DNA from: Hydrurus foetidus
Taxonomy: Eukaryota
Direction: 5' to 3'
DNA: 64,000 nt
NCBI GenBank assembly: GCA_900617105.1
Contig: UYFQ01000287.1
Coordinates: 1-64,000 of the forward strand
Within the stretch, counting starts at the first letter, position 1. Each line of letters begins with the position of its first letter. The notes under the pieces are model-generated. The model was not told the origin of the DNA and did no database searches. It saw only the letters and a list, made by a program, of their open reading frames with translations. The translations under genes were made by a program, and so were the position numbers. Shown here piece after piece: positions 37,068-51,815 of the stretch.

Positions 37068-38728
37068 TTATTTTTTCATTATCCGTGCAGCTTCTTTTCT
37101 TTTCAGCTCTAAGGACTCCAAGAACATTTCCAGTCTTTCTCTTTCATCAAGCGCTATCAATGAATCTATTATGGGCTCTAATGACTCGGCATTTAAAACT
37201 CTTTCAACACCTGATATGTTCACGCCGACCCTATGATCCGTAACGCGATCCTGTCGAGAATTTGTGGGTGAATAAATCAAATCTTTTTGAAAGGATGTCT
37301 GTGAAAGATGTTTGACAATGATGGAGAAGATGCGGATGCGAATTTAGCTCAATCGTTTGCATGCACTGCAATGAATGTCATCGAGCATATGGATCACCTG
37401 GGGAAAGTTATAAGTTCTGATTTTATCAGCCCGGTCGCCAGTACCTTGCGCCGCTGTGCGCAGTTCCGATCGTGCTTGATGCATCTTCTTTCTCTCAAGA
37501 TCGTATATTCTGCCATATCAACCGATAGCAACGTGGAAAAATAAGATGGGCAAAGCATAGATGGCGTCGAGACTGGTGGATTGGGTGATTGATTGTAGTG
37601 CATTGCGGCCCTCACTCACCTGGCCCTCAAGTACTGCATAGCTCTAGCTCTGTTCTGTATTTGAGATCGTTCATCTTGCATGCAAACCACACACCCTGTA
37701 GGAATGTGCGTTATTCTGACCGCACTTTCTGTCTTGTTTACGCTTTGCCCGCCAGCACCACCTGCGCGGTAGACGTCAATTCGTAAATCCTGTTGTCTGA
37801 TGTCAACATCTACTTCTTCTGCTTCTGGAAGTACAACCACAGACACCGCACTAGTCTGAATTCGAGTATCGTTATCTGGAAATCTCTGCACTCTGTGCAC
37901 TCCTGATTCAAATTTCATGGACTTAAAAACTAATTCCCCTCTAATGGACGCTTGAGCCTCCTTGAAACCCCCAACATCCGATTTTGACAAAGAAATTTCA
38001 TCCCACTTCCAGCCCATAAGTGCCGCATACTTCTGATACATTTTGAAGATCTCACTGGCGAAAACCGATGCTTCATCTCCTCCTAAAAAGCATGAGAATG
38101 TAAATGCAAGTTATCTTGCTGTGGTCAGTTAAAACTATTTCTTCGTGTTACCTGTTCCTGCTCGGACTTCTACGACGACTCCTCTCTCATCTGCGTCATC
38201 TTTCGGTGTCAGTGCTAGAACTATCGATTCCTCTAAAGTTGGCAGCTTTTCTCTTGCCTCGATTATTTCTGCTTTAGCTAGAAGGGCCATTTCTTCACCT
38301 TCAGCACCTCTGAAAGCAATTAAAGGAATCTGATAAGTCCCTCGACGTACATTCTTCTACCACTCTGTAAAACACATCTTTATGTGAATAATCATCTACC
38401 TACTTAACTCCTCCTTCTCTATCGCTAATAATTCGTCCATTTCCTGAAGAAGTTTTCTTCTCTCATCAATAAGAACGACAACTCTACTAAGTTCGGCGAT
38501 ATTTTTGCCAAGTTTAGTTATTTCGCTAACTTCCAACTTATCGGAATCCATCAATTGTACAGTCATCTCTGAGTGTCTTGTCTTTATGTCAATCAAATGC
38601 TGGCCAAGTGAACCTTCAAAAGTGACTTTTCGTTTGGATTTGCTGCTCAGCCTCGCAGTACTTGACACAAGAAAAGTCTGCCGTGGCCATGAATAGCATC
38701 TCAGGAGCTTCAACATGTCTGCCTTCAT
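37068..38728 (-). CDS. prfA: Mitochondrial class I peptide chain release factor (RF1 type)
   Basis: About five exons. Basic N-terminal presequence; [44 protein letters not shown]. Confidence 0.88.
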
Positions 38729-39622
38729 CGGCGTATATCACTTCAAGTACAAGTGAGTAAGATAACATTGTTGGCTGCTACGTAATTGCCAGTGAGTGCT
38801 GATTGGACTCATCACTTTACAGTAACATACGAGAGATATACCGTATAGAAACAAACCCCAAATCTGGTTAGATCTGTACCAATATCGCTAGAGTATGTTC
38901 GTACATCACGATAAATTATATATCATGCACGATCTACTATATGCGTAGTACTGTGATTTATGACTGCAGGAATCTCATGAACTATGCACATGATGGTTTA
39001 CTGCGCTTAGGTGCATGTGATTGACGAGGCTATCTCCTTTCGCCTTCTACAGCATTACTTGAAAAGTGCAAATTGCTCAGGTCTGGAAATCTCTACGGGT
39101 AGTTTGTACAGTAACCTTCAAGTAAGGCTGAAAATGATCTTTTCGAATGCTGTAATGGATAAGAATGATGCGTCCTCATTGATGGAAATCGAGATGCCAC
39201 TTTTAGTAGGTAATGCGGGTGGGTATTAGGTTTTCTTTTGTCAAAAGAGTCGTCGGAGACGGTTCCATGCTCCAGGCATCTCTATCCATTGCCCTTAATC
39301 GCTTCATCTCATGATTCAGACTCAACATTCATGCTGCTAATACAGTGCTAATGATTCGAACTTTTACTACCGTACGTACAGCATACAGATATTATCAATT
39401 TCCGTATATTATCCGTGAAAAGCGTGTGTAACACCATATTTTACACGGAAACATCAACATCAAATGTGGGCCGTTAGAAAAAAATTCAGTAGGTACGGTA
39501 GCACAGTTGATAGCTAATCTAATGCATAATGCAGTCCATAGTTACCGCATGCAGCATGCATCTGATTACATTCACGGCTGGTTTCGCGTGCTAGATTGTT
39601 GCTGTGGGCTCTGCATGTGACG

Positions 39623-42600
39623 ATGGTATCGAATGATAATGCCGTACGCCGTCAGCTGAACGCTGCATGTCATGTCATACGAAGTGGGGAAGCAGGCGAT
39701 GTCCCCTACTTATCCAACTATTTGATAGACTCAAGCCAGGTTAGTTTTGGAGCATCTGCACCACTCCACACAAGGCTTTTACAGCTTGCCTTATTGTATA
39801 TCAACAATATCACAGGCGGACGCACTCTTAAGTCTTATTATTCAGAGTTGGAGGGAAACTAGCTTATCATCAGGCTCCTGTCAAGCCACTGGCATCTCCA
39901 TCACCGGAACTGCATCTGAACTTTTACGGGTTGCTATTGGTATTCGACAGATTGCGTATAAGGCTATCAAGACTATTATTGAGTGCATTCAGAGTGGACA
40001 AGTCAGTGGACGAACTGCAATTTACTGTATTTCAGAAGTGAGAATAGCACCTCTGAGCACAGACGCAATCGATAGACTTGTCGATGAGGACAGTCTGGTA
40101 GAAGCTATTGAGAACGCAAGAAGCATTGCTGAGCAGTGTATACGTCCTTTCTTTGCGGCGAACAAGAACAAGCTACATTTACAGGAATCCTCTATATGTT
40201 TGGATCTCTTTCCTGACGCTATCAACACGCTATCGTCCCTGCGTAAGAAGTTGAGACGATCAAAAAAGTTAGAAATAGAAGTACTGGACACATTCTTGTC
40301 AAATGAGTGGCATTCAGCTGGATTTCTGCCTATTTGCTGTACGCTCAGTGAAGTATATGCTCATTTGAAAACACGACATTTGGTGGAACTCAAGGTAACA
40401 GTGAGTGATAGCAAATGCGCATCAAAATAATGACCTTGATAGCTCGAGTTGCGTAGTGATGTTATTTACAGCTGAGTGTGTTAGATAATCATTCTGCTGC
40501 CGACTTTCTGGTACCTGATAATCTGATAATTTGTAATCTTCCGTTCTTCATACAGAGAAGACTTTTGACATCGACAGATCTGTTGCAGACAAAACAATGC
40601 GAAGATTTTGCAGGTGTGCTGCGAGTATGCCTTCGTATGTTCGAACAAAGGTGAGCTGTTATCTTGGTGCTTGAGAAGGCAAGGAATGTTTTTTGTCTGT
40701 CGGTTATTTTCTTATCATGAATATGTATTCCTATCTATTCCTCTGTGTGTCTCAGTCGCGACGCGAGCTGGATCCACGTACTGCGAGTTCTGCACTCGAA
40801 CATTCCACACACAGAAGTTCAGACAGTCGAGGCGTTGTTAGAGCAGGTGTTCTCTCAGACCCCTCTGCTGTGTCTGCAAGTAGTGGCGGTTATTGAGGAC
40901 GCATGCGTGCACATGATGAGAGTCATCGGAACAAGTGCGTATGCTGCTGCTGCTTCAAAGAAATGGAACGAAGCGAATAAGGAAAAATCGAGCGATCAGA
41001 GTGCAAACGTAGCAGTGCCATCTGGGGATATACCGGGTGTTATACAGCCAACTTGTTACACAACACACACAGAGTTCGAGGGTATCCCCATAGTAACCAC
41101 TGTGGACATCCACTTGTTGCTCGTGTGCTCCAGGTCGAGCAACAGAGGACAGAGAGTGGAGGGAGAGGTGCAGCTACCAGCGATGTTACTTGACTGCTCT
41201 AACGAACCTCTGCCATGTACACTCTCCGTGTCCCGAGCCATTCTTCTCGCTATCCTGTCACAAGTAGTACTGAAGGAGTACGTGCAGGTGCTGAGGATGA
41301 GTAGCAGTAGTAGTGAGGAGATGCAGAGGGGGAGTGGACCTGCATTTCTCAGACACTGTCGGTCTACATCGGGTTCAGAGACACATTACGACCCGTCAAT
41401 TCATACAACTACGACCACTGTTAAGAATGTCCGGAAATCGGTCTACTCACATAAGCAATCAAATGGCGAATTATATGAGGAGAGGAATAGAGGGAGTTCG
41501 GTGTGCGTCTCTGAAGAGTGTGCTGGTGTTGTTGCGGGAGTGCTGTCACCCCCTTTGGGGCGCACTTCCGGCTATATGGATTATTCTTACTTCAAAGCAC
41601 TCTACCCCAACTCTGACTCCTCCTTCTCATCCTCATCCTCCGCCCCATCGTCATCATCATCATCTTCTTTACGTGCAAGTAGCGATGCCCATTACGATAG
41701 TTACACTGAGGAAGCCTCCTCAGCAGGATATTCCTCCGAGACTGTTTCTTGGATCAGCTCTGCGAATGCTTCCGAAATATTGTCCGCCTGTCTGTTTCTC
41801 TCTTGCTGCCCCCCTATCGTCAGCCAGTGCGTGTACATAGCCCAGGATGCTCTCCAATCTCTATGTGCTATCAGCTCCAAGAATCGGAATCGAAATGAAA
41901 AGCATCAAGTGGGAGAAGTGCAGAACATTGTATCTGATCAATCTCATATCCGTGTAAGTGGTGGCAGTGGTGGAGGACCCCCAGGACATGAAACAGAACA
42001 TTCTCCAAATCTTGACGATGATGAGGGCAGTACAGAAGAGCATGACGTACGAGTGAATCATCCAACTCTCATCGCGTCATTGCTCGTGTCTGTGTTTTCG
42101 ATGGTGCCTGGATGCCGTCCATCCGTCCTCACGTCTGTCCTCAAGGGCATTCTCGAGTGCAGCGGGAACTCCACAGAATCGACTGGAATCAGTTCTAGGT
42201 CCAAAGGAGTTCTGAAAAAAAGACACACAAAAAACGTGCAGAGTGCAATTCTCAATTTTGCGTGTTCTGTATTTCACCGATCTCTCTCGTTGCTGTGTGA
42301 GAAGTACCCCCATATCATCGCTGGCATGCACAGTACCCTGGACTCTTACATTCCAATGCTCTCTCTGGTGGCGTTGCCTGCTCTGCCTCTTGCTTTACTG
42401 CCTATTATCGGCATAGCTGGACTCGCTGCAGGTTGATTCGACTTGTCTTGTCTGGCAGTGTTCCCCTCTGTCGGCTCTTACCCAACTCTGCTCTGTTGAC
42501 CAACTTTTTATGCCTCAGTCTGTGTCTGTGTCTGTCTTTCTCTACTGCATTCCGTTTCTCTCTAATTTAGTATTGGTGTAAGATTCAGGCGCTGTCCTCT

Positions 42601-45600
42601 CTATGTAACGCTGTGCACCCTCCTCTACTATCACTGCACTCCACACCACGGCTCCGCATTGCACGCACCTTACTGTGCACTCTCAATCTCAATCTCAATC
42701 TCTGACCCGCATATCTCTTCATCACGATTGAACGTCCCTCTAACCGTATCAATACTGACCGCCTCCCCTCCATCAATCCCTCCGTCCCGTTCTGCAGATA
42801 CATTGGGGTGCGTTTTGAATGCTTGTATGAAAATGATCCTGCACAAAGATACAGCGAGGAAATCGTTTGCAGTGCGTTCCCTCATTGGTATGTACGGACA
42901 TTTACCAACTACCAAAAGTACTTTTCTTCTCCTTCTCCTTCTTAATGCTCTAAGTTATTTGCGAAATCTTGTCTTGCCTAATTGTGCCTTCTGGCAGCTG
43001 TACGAATAATAATATCGAATAAAGTGCACTATCTCCTTCCATGTACTCAGTGCTCTTGCCCAGTGTGAAGGAGGAGGATCAAATCAAAGTTCTGCATACT
43101 CTACTGCACGCCTTCTCCCTACAGCTTCCTTGCCGTAGAGTGCTGTATGCGCAACTGACGAAATTACTCAAATCAATCAAGAGAAAGAAAAGAAAGAGGA
43201 CAGAGATGGCAGTGAGAAATAACAGCAGCACCGATGGTTGTTGCGAGTCTCCAATAGAGGAGAAGAAGGAGGAGAATGGGAGAGGGAGTGAAAGTGAGGA
43301 AGAGTACGCATCAGCAGCTGAGAAGAACGGCAGCAGTGACTACCCGAAGTCGCGACTCTATCTCAGTCCCCAAGTCGTCTCCACGCTATTAAAGAAAGTG
43401 TCCACCCGCCTCTCATCTTTCTTAACTACCACATCAAGTTCTCTCCAAGAGGAGGACCCTGGACCGACATTCCAGTCGCATAATTCAAGCAACGATCATT
43501 CCTCGATGTGCAATAGCCGTGGACACTGTATTCAACCGGAGGGCGACTGTGCATCATCCCGTACAATCGTTTGTACGAAAAATTGTATTCAGTCTTTTCG
43601 CACGCTAACAGGATACGAATTTTCTCTGGCTGAGGATTTACCTCTCCTAGTGGAATTGTCGTACGCACTTGCAGAACATTCTTCAAGTGGTGAAAAAGAA
43701 GGAAATTCCCCACATGAAGAAGAAATAGTTTCTGACATGATTTATTTGGCAGGAGTCATATCGCAGCCGGGAAGTATTCTTCTGAAGTCGAGAGAATCCG
43801 TGGACCTGTCATTCCAAAATCTTATACGGAGTGATGACGGGGATCCTGGATATTTCGACTTCAGACATTCTGAGGAGGATCTCGGACCCACGGGTTCCTT
43901 TTTACGAGCCTTATTGAATTTTATTTCCGCTGGTTTTCCTTTGCCAGTTTTGACGCACAGACATCCGGATAAAAAGGAAGTATCGGATCCTGGATCTAAT
44001 TCCAGTATTGCTGCATTGAATGGTCGTAGTATCAACATGGATGTTCCGCTGTGTGGGGTTGCGATTGCTGTGGGTAGTGCAAGTGCGCCATCAGAACACA
44101 CTGTTTCTTCTGCATGCGTCACTGATGGTTCCGTACGCGTCTCTGCAGAGGATGAGAAGATGAAGAAGGAGGAGCAACACCAACTCCTGATAATCCACTT
44201 TGCATGTTGCTATGGCCTCTTAAGCGGATTGTTGACATGTCTTACGCGCACTCTGTCATTGGTGTCGTCTTCGCTAAGTGCCGCTGAAGAAGATAGGGAG
44301 GGGGAGAGTGAGGGAGTGTCTCTGAATGCGATAGACGGGAGATACAAGTGTCCCGAGGGCGGTCAGCATTCCAACGCAACTTTATCATGTGAGTCCACGC
44401 AGCTGCTCGCTTGTCACTGATCTTCATCACCGCACCCCCTCCACTCTCTGTGCCGCATCTTACTGCACTCCGTGTCACATTCCGTTATTTATTATTCAAC
44501 GAAAGACTCTTCCTCGCTCTCCATCAGGGAACAGCATAGCTCCTTATTTCTCTCACGAAAACCCATCTTGTGTCTTTTCATTACTGCTCTTACTCCCGTC
44601 AAAGCTGCTCCGCTCAACTAATTCAATTTTTTATCTCATCTAATTGATGTGATCTTTTCTCGACAGCTCTGGAATGCGCTATCGTCTCGGTCCAGGGTCT
44701 GCTGGATCTCGTGTTGGAAATTTCTGTCGATCTGTCATCCACCTCAACTTCAATTTCAATTTCAACACCAGTACAAACGCCAAGTAGAATTCCTGGATCT
44801 AAGGTCTGTGTGTCTTCGAATGCAGCCCCTGAGGGATCGAGAATAGCGGTGTCTGTGAAGGGACACGCGTCATTGTCGAAACTAGCGACTGCAAAGTTGA
44901 CGGGAATGTCGAGTCAACTGCATTTGAAGAATGAGAGTGGCATGAACGCATTCGATTCTCTTTCTATCCCCACGGGGGATGGAGTGTGTTCCTCCTTGAC
45001 AATCCGTGAGTCAGCACTGCTCATCAAAACCACCCTCAAATCATTCAAATACCGAGACGGCACTACTAGTTGCAGCAGTGTTAAAAAAGATGTTCATGAC
45101 GGCAGTGATGCTGACTTCAACAAGACAGTCCCTCTACTCCACACGTCAATTCTATTTGACACAACAACCGTCCTTCCTCCTCATCCTGCTGACCTGCACA
45201 CACCCACAGATCAGCGCACACGCAGCACTAAACCCCCTTTGGATGACCCTCGTCCCAATCGTTCCCCACTACATCTCCCCTTAAGTGTGAGACTCGGAGC
45301 TGTGGGCCATGCGTGCCATCAAGCGGCAGTGACGGCTCTCAGCATCCTTTCCTCACCCTCCTCCTCTCAGTGCCCCTCCTCCTCTACATCTTTATCTAGA
45401 GAACACTTGACGAGCAGCAACTGCGATGCCAATATAACAGCGCTGGAGGATCTCTTGCTCCTAGTGTTCGATGCGTACGGTACTGTGGGCAGTATCGGTG
45501 TAGAAGACAGCCTGCTTGAAGAAGCAGCCGATGCCGCAGAGCTGCTCTTACGCGGCAGAGAGGATGCGAGGAGGGAAATCAGTAGCAATAGAGCAGCAGA

Positions 45601-48600
45601 GGATAAGGGTGCGGAACTTGGACATAAAAGCTGTCGACAGATTCCTGACAGTCAGCGTAGCTTGTACCTCTTAACAGACAGCACTCCGGGTGTATCGCAC
45701 AGTACAGCTGACCGTCTTAACGGCACAAGAAGTAAGCGAGGGCTGTCCTCCTCCTTCGCCTCTTCTTCCTTTGCTTCTCATGACGGTGACAGGATAGTGA
45801 GTTACAGTAGTAGTGTGGGTGTTAGCGGAAGTAACGGTGTTGGTGTGGGTGTTCCTCTGACCTCTGGGAACATGGGTTGGAGCGATGATTCCTCCTCATC
45901 CGATGCTAGCGAGAATGATACTAGCTATCTTGATGACGTCACCACTAAAACCAACACACGCACACTTGCCCCCTCAAAGTCCAGGGTCCGTCCCTCGGAC
46001 CTGTTCGCATTAGCAGTGAAGAATTTGCCCGAAGGTGTAAGGGGAAGCATTGAACGATTTGATCTGCACTGCCAAGCTTTCGATGTGTACGTCACTGAAT
46101 TCGATGGAGCTACCACAGGTGCGTACGAACATTTCTGGCCATTAGATGCCTGGTGAAATACGTTCCCATACACCGCATTCTGAAGATTCTTATTACGTCT
46201 CGTTTCATTAACTGTCCTTTACTGTATTGTGCTGCTCTATGCACATGCAGGCATGCGCACCCGTGCCAACTCTTCTGCTAGCCGATCCTCCCATGCTAAC
46301 GGCGCGTCTGAACGATGCGTACAGCGCGTACGTTCTATAGCGTCAGAGACGCTTCGGTACACTTTGTTCTCAATTCGCTGTGAGATGCTGTGGGCAGCAT
46401 CCAAGATATCGCGAGTCATAGCAGCGATGCGCTGCAGTGGGAAGGAGGGAGACGATTTCAATTTCCATCAACAGCACCTCAGTCTTGGTAGAACACTGCA
46501 ATCAGGTATGGTCAAATTACACTGTACTGCATTGTATTGTATTGTATTGTATTGTGTTGCGTTGAAGTGTATAATTGAGTCGACGGGGAATGAGCTTCCT
46601 GCTCTCTTTACTCCTCTTCACTTCTCTTCTCTTCACATTCATCCCCACATCTAAACAGATTATACAACGCATCTAACTCGTACTACCATGCACTGTATGA
46701 CTTGCACCTTCCCCTCGTAGCTCCTCCTTCCCCAAAGGGATTTCTTGCAGTCCTGAAGAGACTCGAACTCGCGACCTTCGTGGCGAAGGACCTTGGACTC
46801 GCTGTTGCGGATGGTCTCACAATACGCACTTTAAAGGTCTGTGCTTTAATGACTACGACTAATTGCGGCATATTGAGATCAAGTGTTTCAAGTACTGACC
46901 TCTTCGTGCCCTGCACTGCTGCTTGAAGTGTGTTGGTGATGAAATTTCTTGCAGGGTACTTCGCGCTCACGTCTCTGCTCCCTTCTCCCTCTTAATGTGT
47001 CAGGCATATCTGGATGTCTTGCTGGCCCTGATAGAAGGATGCAGGATGAAGTTCGACCCACCAACAGCTCTAGAGACCCTGGCAGCGCGATCCAATTTGA
47101 ATGAAAGGAATTCATTCATCATCAGCACTGCGCAACTATTAGATCCTTTATCCTCACTCTCCTCGATGATGCAGAAGTGCCCCACGTCAAATGTGCTGTC
47201 TACATATCCATCAATGCTCTCTTCGAATTCCAATACCGCTACCGCCATGTCTGGCATTGTTGTGTTGCAAATTCAACATGTGTTGAGATTTCTTGATTTT
47301 GCCCACCAAGCTGTGCTGAGTCCCATCGTACACCTCCTCATGGAGTACAGGTAAGTCGACGAACTAGACCCACATTTGACACATAAGAAATTTGATGTGT
47401 CTCTTTAATTCTAGAATGTGTCTATTTTTCCCGCTGTAGACTGATGTGCCAAACCTGATTATGCTGCAGTACTGACTTGTATCACGTACAGTATTGTATT
47501 GTATGGCACCACATTGAATCGAACTGTATTTGTACCATATTACGAAATGTAATGTTCCATAAAATTCCACGATTCAAAACTCTTGTGATCAGCTTTCTAA
47601 TTAACAATCACGCAACAAAATAATGGAAAGTTTTAGGCTTTGCCCAGAATTAGTCAGCTGTTGTGCGCTGCCTTCTTTCTGATGGCCACAAATCCCCTCC
47701 TCTCTTCTCCCTTCTCCTCCCATCGATATTCTCATTGTCACTACCATTGGAATAACTCTTGTCACTTTGTCTATTCTGTTTGTTCTTTTAGTGGACCGTG
47801 GCGCGGTCTCCCGAAATGCGCGGAGCTCATACGCACTATAGGGTCACTCCAATTCGCAGTGAAAGAGAAGAAGAGGAAAGCCAAGTCAGACATAGACAAG
47901 GGCACAGCGCTCCCACAGGCATCAGTCTCTATGTCAGGTGTAGCGAAGAAACGTCCTCTGACTATGTCCACCCGATCTGCTAACGTGGAGTTAAACTCCT
48001 CGTCAACCATCAGGCTGACTCAGCTGTTGACGGTCCAAGGGCCGCACACCGCTGACCACTCAGACGAAGAGATCATGGATCTAGATTCCAAGGGTCAGTG
48101 CGAGGATAGTGATGGAGACGCAGTAGACAGACAGCGGAAGATGCAGAGGAGCTCAGTACATCCTAAAGACGCGACGCGTACTGATCAGAGCGCTGACAAG
48201 AGCGGTAGTGGTGGAGTGAGAGCGAGTGCAAGTGCGTGTGATCCTGTCAGTGCAGGTATTGTTACTGCGAAGTCTTCTGACGCGATACTGGGACACGTGT
48301 TGAGACACGTTGAGAAGTGCTTGACATCGCTAGCCAGGAATATAGCAAAAACCAACAGCAGCAGTACCACCGCTACTAACATCAGTGTAAGCACCAGTGG
48401 AGGTGCATCGCATCACGCAGCACTTGACGGCTCACCAGACAGCAGCAGAACAGACAATACTTCGTATGAGAACATCCTCTTGTCAAGGCAGATATGCATG
48501 TGTGTGTTCTCGCTGTTTACGGGATACCTCTCACCGGGTCATGAAGAATCTACGGTAGACACGCCATCTTCTGCAGCTACTTCCGTAGACGGAGTCGCAT

Positions 48601-50840
48601 CATCGAATGTGCCCGATCTCATGGATAGTCATTTCGTTGCATCAACAAAATTAGATGGATGCAAGGATAGAGGAAGACTTACTAACTCGACCAATGCAGT
48701 CAAGGAAGGTGACGTAACGCAGGGAAGTCTTCTGTTCTCCAATCAAACATTGCTGAGCAACGTGTCTGAGAGAAGAAGGTGCCAGGCGTTGTCTCTCGCA
48801 ACGCGTTTCCTGCTCCACTGCAACAAGGACTGTACTAGACTGTTAAGGGACATTGTCACTATGCACAAGTCACGCACACAGACATGTTGGAATCTGGGCG
48901 TGGGGAAGGGTCTTGGGTCCAGGCGGAAGAAGAGAGGGTACGGATTCAGTGACAGTGAAGAGGAAGAAGCAGAGATGGAGAAGATAAAGTTGAAGGAAAG
49001 TGAGGTGGAAAAAGAGAAGGGTAAGGGACAGTGCGATGGGGAGGAGCACGATTCTGATGGTGATGAGATGTCCAGCAGTACCAATCCCTGTAAACGGTCT
49101 GCACCTGTTATTATTCTTCCCAACACCGCTGCTGTGCCTCCGATGGATCGAAAGGACTCGTACTGCTTCTTGTCTGCACTACTGACCGCCACGCATCCCT
49201 CCACGGTGATCAACGCAAAGGACTGGACCCTCAGGAAGAACAGCACCTCCTCCTCTTCTTCTTCTCCGACACATGCATCAAGTACCAGACAGCGCAACAG
49301 CGGTGCACAGACGGCATCAAATCAGAAGAACTCAGCGACCAGCAGCGCTGTCTCGGAGAAGCATGCGCACTCCTTGGTTTTCAAGATTGAAGAATTGGAG
49401 TGGAGGCTTCTCCAGATTCGGCAGGAAATAGACGGACATCGAGGCCTACGACCGGTGAAAAAGAGGAAGGTAAGAAGCTACGAATTGTAAGAGCATTCTC
49501 AACGAATCCCATTGTAACACATACGCACTTTATTTTGTACAAGCAGGGTGTGCATGTTTCTTGGGAGGGTGGGAGTTCTAGTGCGTCTTCAACCTTCAAC
49601 TTCAAGTTACCCCCCAGACCTGCGCCTCCTGATCGATTTGATGGACCTAAAGGGGAGAGAACTCATCCGGTGCCTTCAAAAGTCAAGCAGTGAATCAGCA
49701 CATATGAGTAGCAAGGACACGTACAGACCGTGGGCAGGGTATAATAGAGCAGCGAATGAGACAGTCGAGGAGAGGAAGGGAGGAGGGAAAGGAAGAGGGA
49801 AGAGGAAGATTGAGTCTGATGATGACAGTGAGGATGAGGGGGGTTCTGTGTCGTATGACAGCGATGATAGTGGGAGCGAGGAGTCCATTGCATCCGAAGA
49901 CGATATCGATGACGTCAGTGTCAGTGATGATGTATCCGATGGGGATGGGGATGAGAATGGAGGAGCAGATAAGGCGGAGGAGAGAGAGAATAGGGGCAAG
50001 AGTAAGAGGAGGACGAAGGGACAGCCGATCATTTCCAAGAGAAGTAAGTCGGATGGCAGCGATACCTAACTAATCAAATCAAATGATATTTCGATGGGGA
50101 AGTAGATCTGATACAATTCAATTCTGCTTTCAATTCCAATTTTTCTTTCCTTTCTCTTTCCCTTTCAATCGAAACTCTCCCCTGCAACTCTGCTGCCATT
50201 TATCCCCTCCACCCTGCTCTACTATCTTTCCTCCCCTCACCCTGCTCTACTATCTTTCACTCCCCTCACCCTGCTCTACTATCTTTCACTCCCCTCACCC
50301 TGCTCTACTATCTTTCACTCCCCTCCACCCTGCTCTACTATCTTTCACTCCCCTCCACCCTGCTCTACTATCTTTCACTCCCCTCACCCTGCTCTACTAT
50401 CTTTCCCTCCCCTCACCCTGCTCTACTATCTTTCACTCCCCTCACCCTGCTCTACTATCTTTCACTCCCCTCACCCTGCTCTACTATCTTTCACTCCCCT
50501 CATCCCGCCCAATTGAATTTGAACATTCTGAATGCAATGCATCTATCCTATCCTAGGCGACATTCAAACCGCTTACAATTACCGCATATCCACACAAAAT
50601 ATTTCATCTCAACACGTACTGTCTCTCACTACTTTTGCAGGTCAAGCTTCCATCTCGAACGCTGCGTCTAGCACTCCCAGTAACCGATCGTCCTCTCGGA
50701 GGGCCAGAGGTGCGGGGAGAAAGAGAACGACTTCTAGCAGGCTACGCAGCAGGAACAGCGTCATAGATGACTGGCTGGGTGACGAGGATGAGGGTGGGTC
50801 AGATACCTATGCTGACCTCGAAGATTTCCTAGTGGAGTGA
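39623..50840 (+). CDS. Very large multi-exon helical-repeat protein, FANCI-like, with long low-complexity insertions
   Basis: Chain of long plus-strand ORFs with GT-AG boundaries. Segments recall FANCI (KMILHKDTARKSFAVRSL; LLHAFSLQLPCRRVLYAQL; SLVFKIEELEWRLLQI). C-terminus RLRSRNSVIDDWL..DLEDFLVE. Family call is from memory of motifs. Confidence 0.45.
50205..50502. repeat. Intronic ~29-bp minisatellite (CCCCTCACCCTGCTCTACTATCTTTCACT), ~10 copies
   Basis: Read directly from the sequence. Confidence 0.9.
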
Positions 50841-51815
50841 AATAGATCAGAGTAGAGGAGGGTGAGATTGGGCGTCATTATGTCACTCTTTCAGATCTTG
50901 TCTGTAGCGCAAATGATGAAATTTTAAGATTTTTTCGCTGTCTTCATCTGCCCGCCCAGTCACTTAATGAGTGAATCAGTCGGACAGTCAGTAAAGTTAG
51001 TTGTGTTTGTTTTTCAACGATTGATAGTTTATTGCTTCACAGCGTCTAGTTTAGTGTGACATTTTTTCACACCATCATCACCAGTGCGGTGATCCGTTTA
51101 CATGTTTAAGTAGAGTCCTCGTGCATGTTCTCGATGCTGTTCTTCCTTGCCACTGATCCAATAGTTATCCGCAACATGAGGAACATTTCTTGACTTAGGA
51201 TGGTGAATATGATCAATCCTTCGATCAAAAAGACTCCATAGCATTTCGAGTCACCAAATGAGAGACAGAGTTCGGGTTCACTGTAAGAGGTGATCAGCTC
51301 AATTTTGATTCAATGAACTCGGAGGGCGAGGGGCAACCATTTTGTTGAGATTTGATAGAATTGATTGGAACACTCGAACAGTCTATTCAACTCATAGTCC
51401 GCTTGTTAAGTGAGCGTCATTTTACTACGGACGTGAGGAAGTGGGAACAAGGGAGGATTGTCGATGAATTTCATCGTGTGAAGAATTTAAAAGTAGTCAT
51501 ATACGAAATATGGAGGATGGTATAAGATGGGGATAGAGAGCGCGTGCCTGCTACGCTATACATGTTTTCCCGATCTTCAAAGAGATGCGATGTTTATGTC
51601 ATGTGTGTGTTTCGACACACAAATTGTAGTCTAATGTGAACTGCATTTTTCAGTATATTCAATGAGGATGTGAATCTCCTCCATAGCGATATCCTCATAA
51701 GGTGCGACATCCCCAGATTGAACTAATGTACAATGTTCTGGGTCAAAGCTCCAGTAGCACCTGAGACCAATGGTTACACCTAAACTTAATCGACTCATTA
51801 AGTCATAGTACTCGT

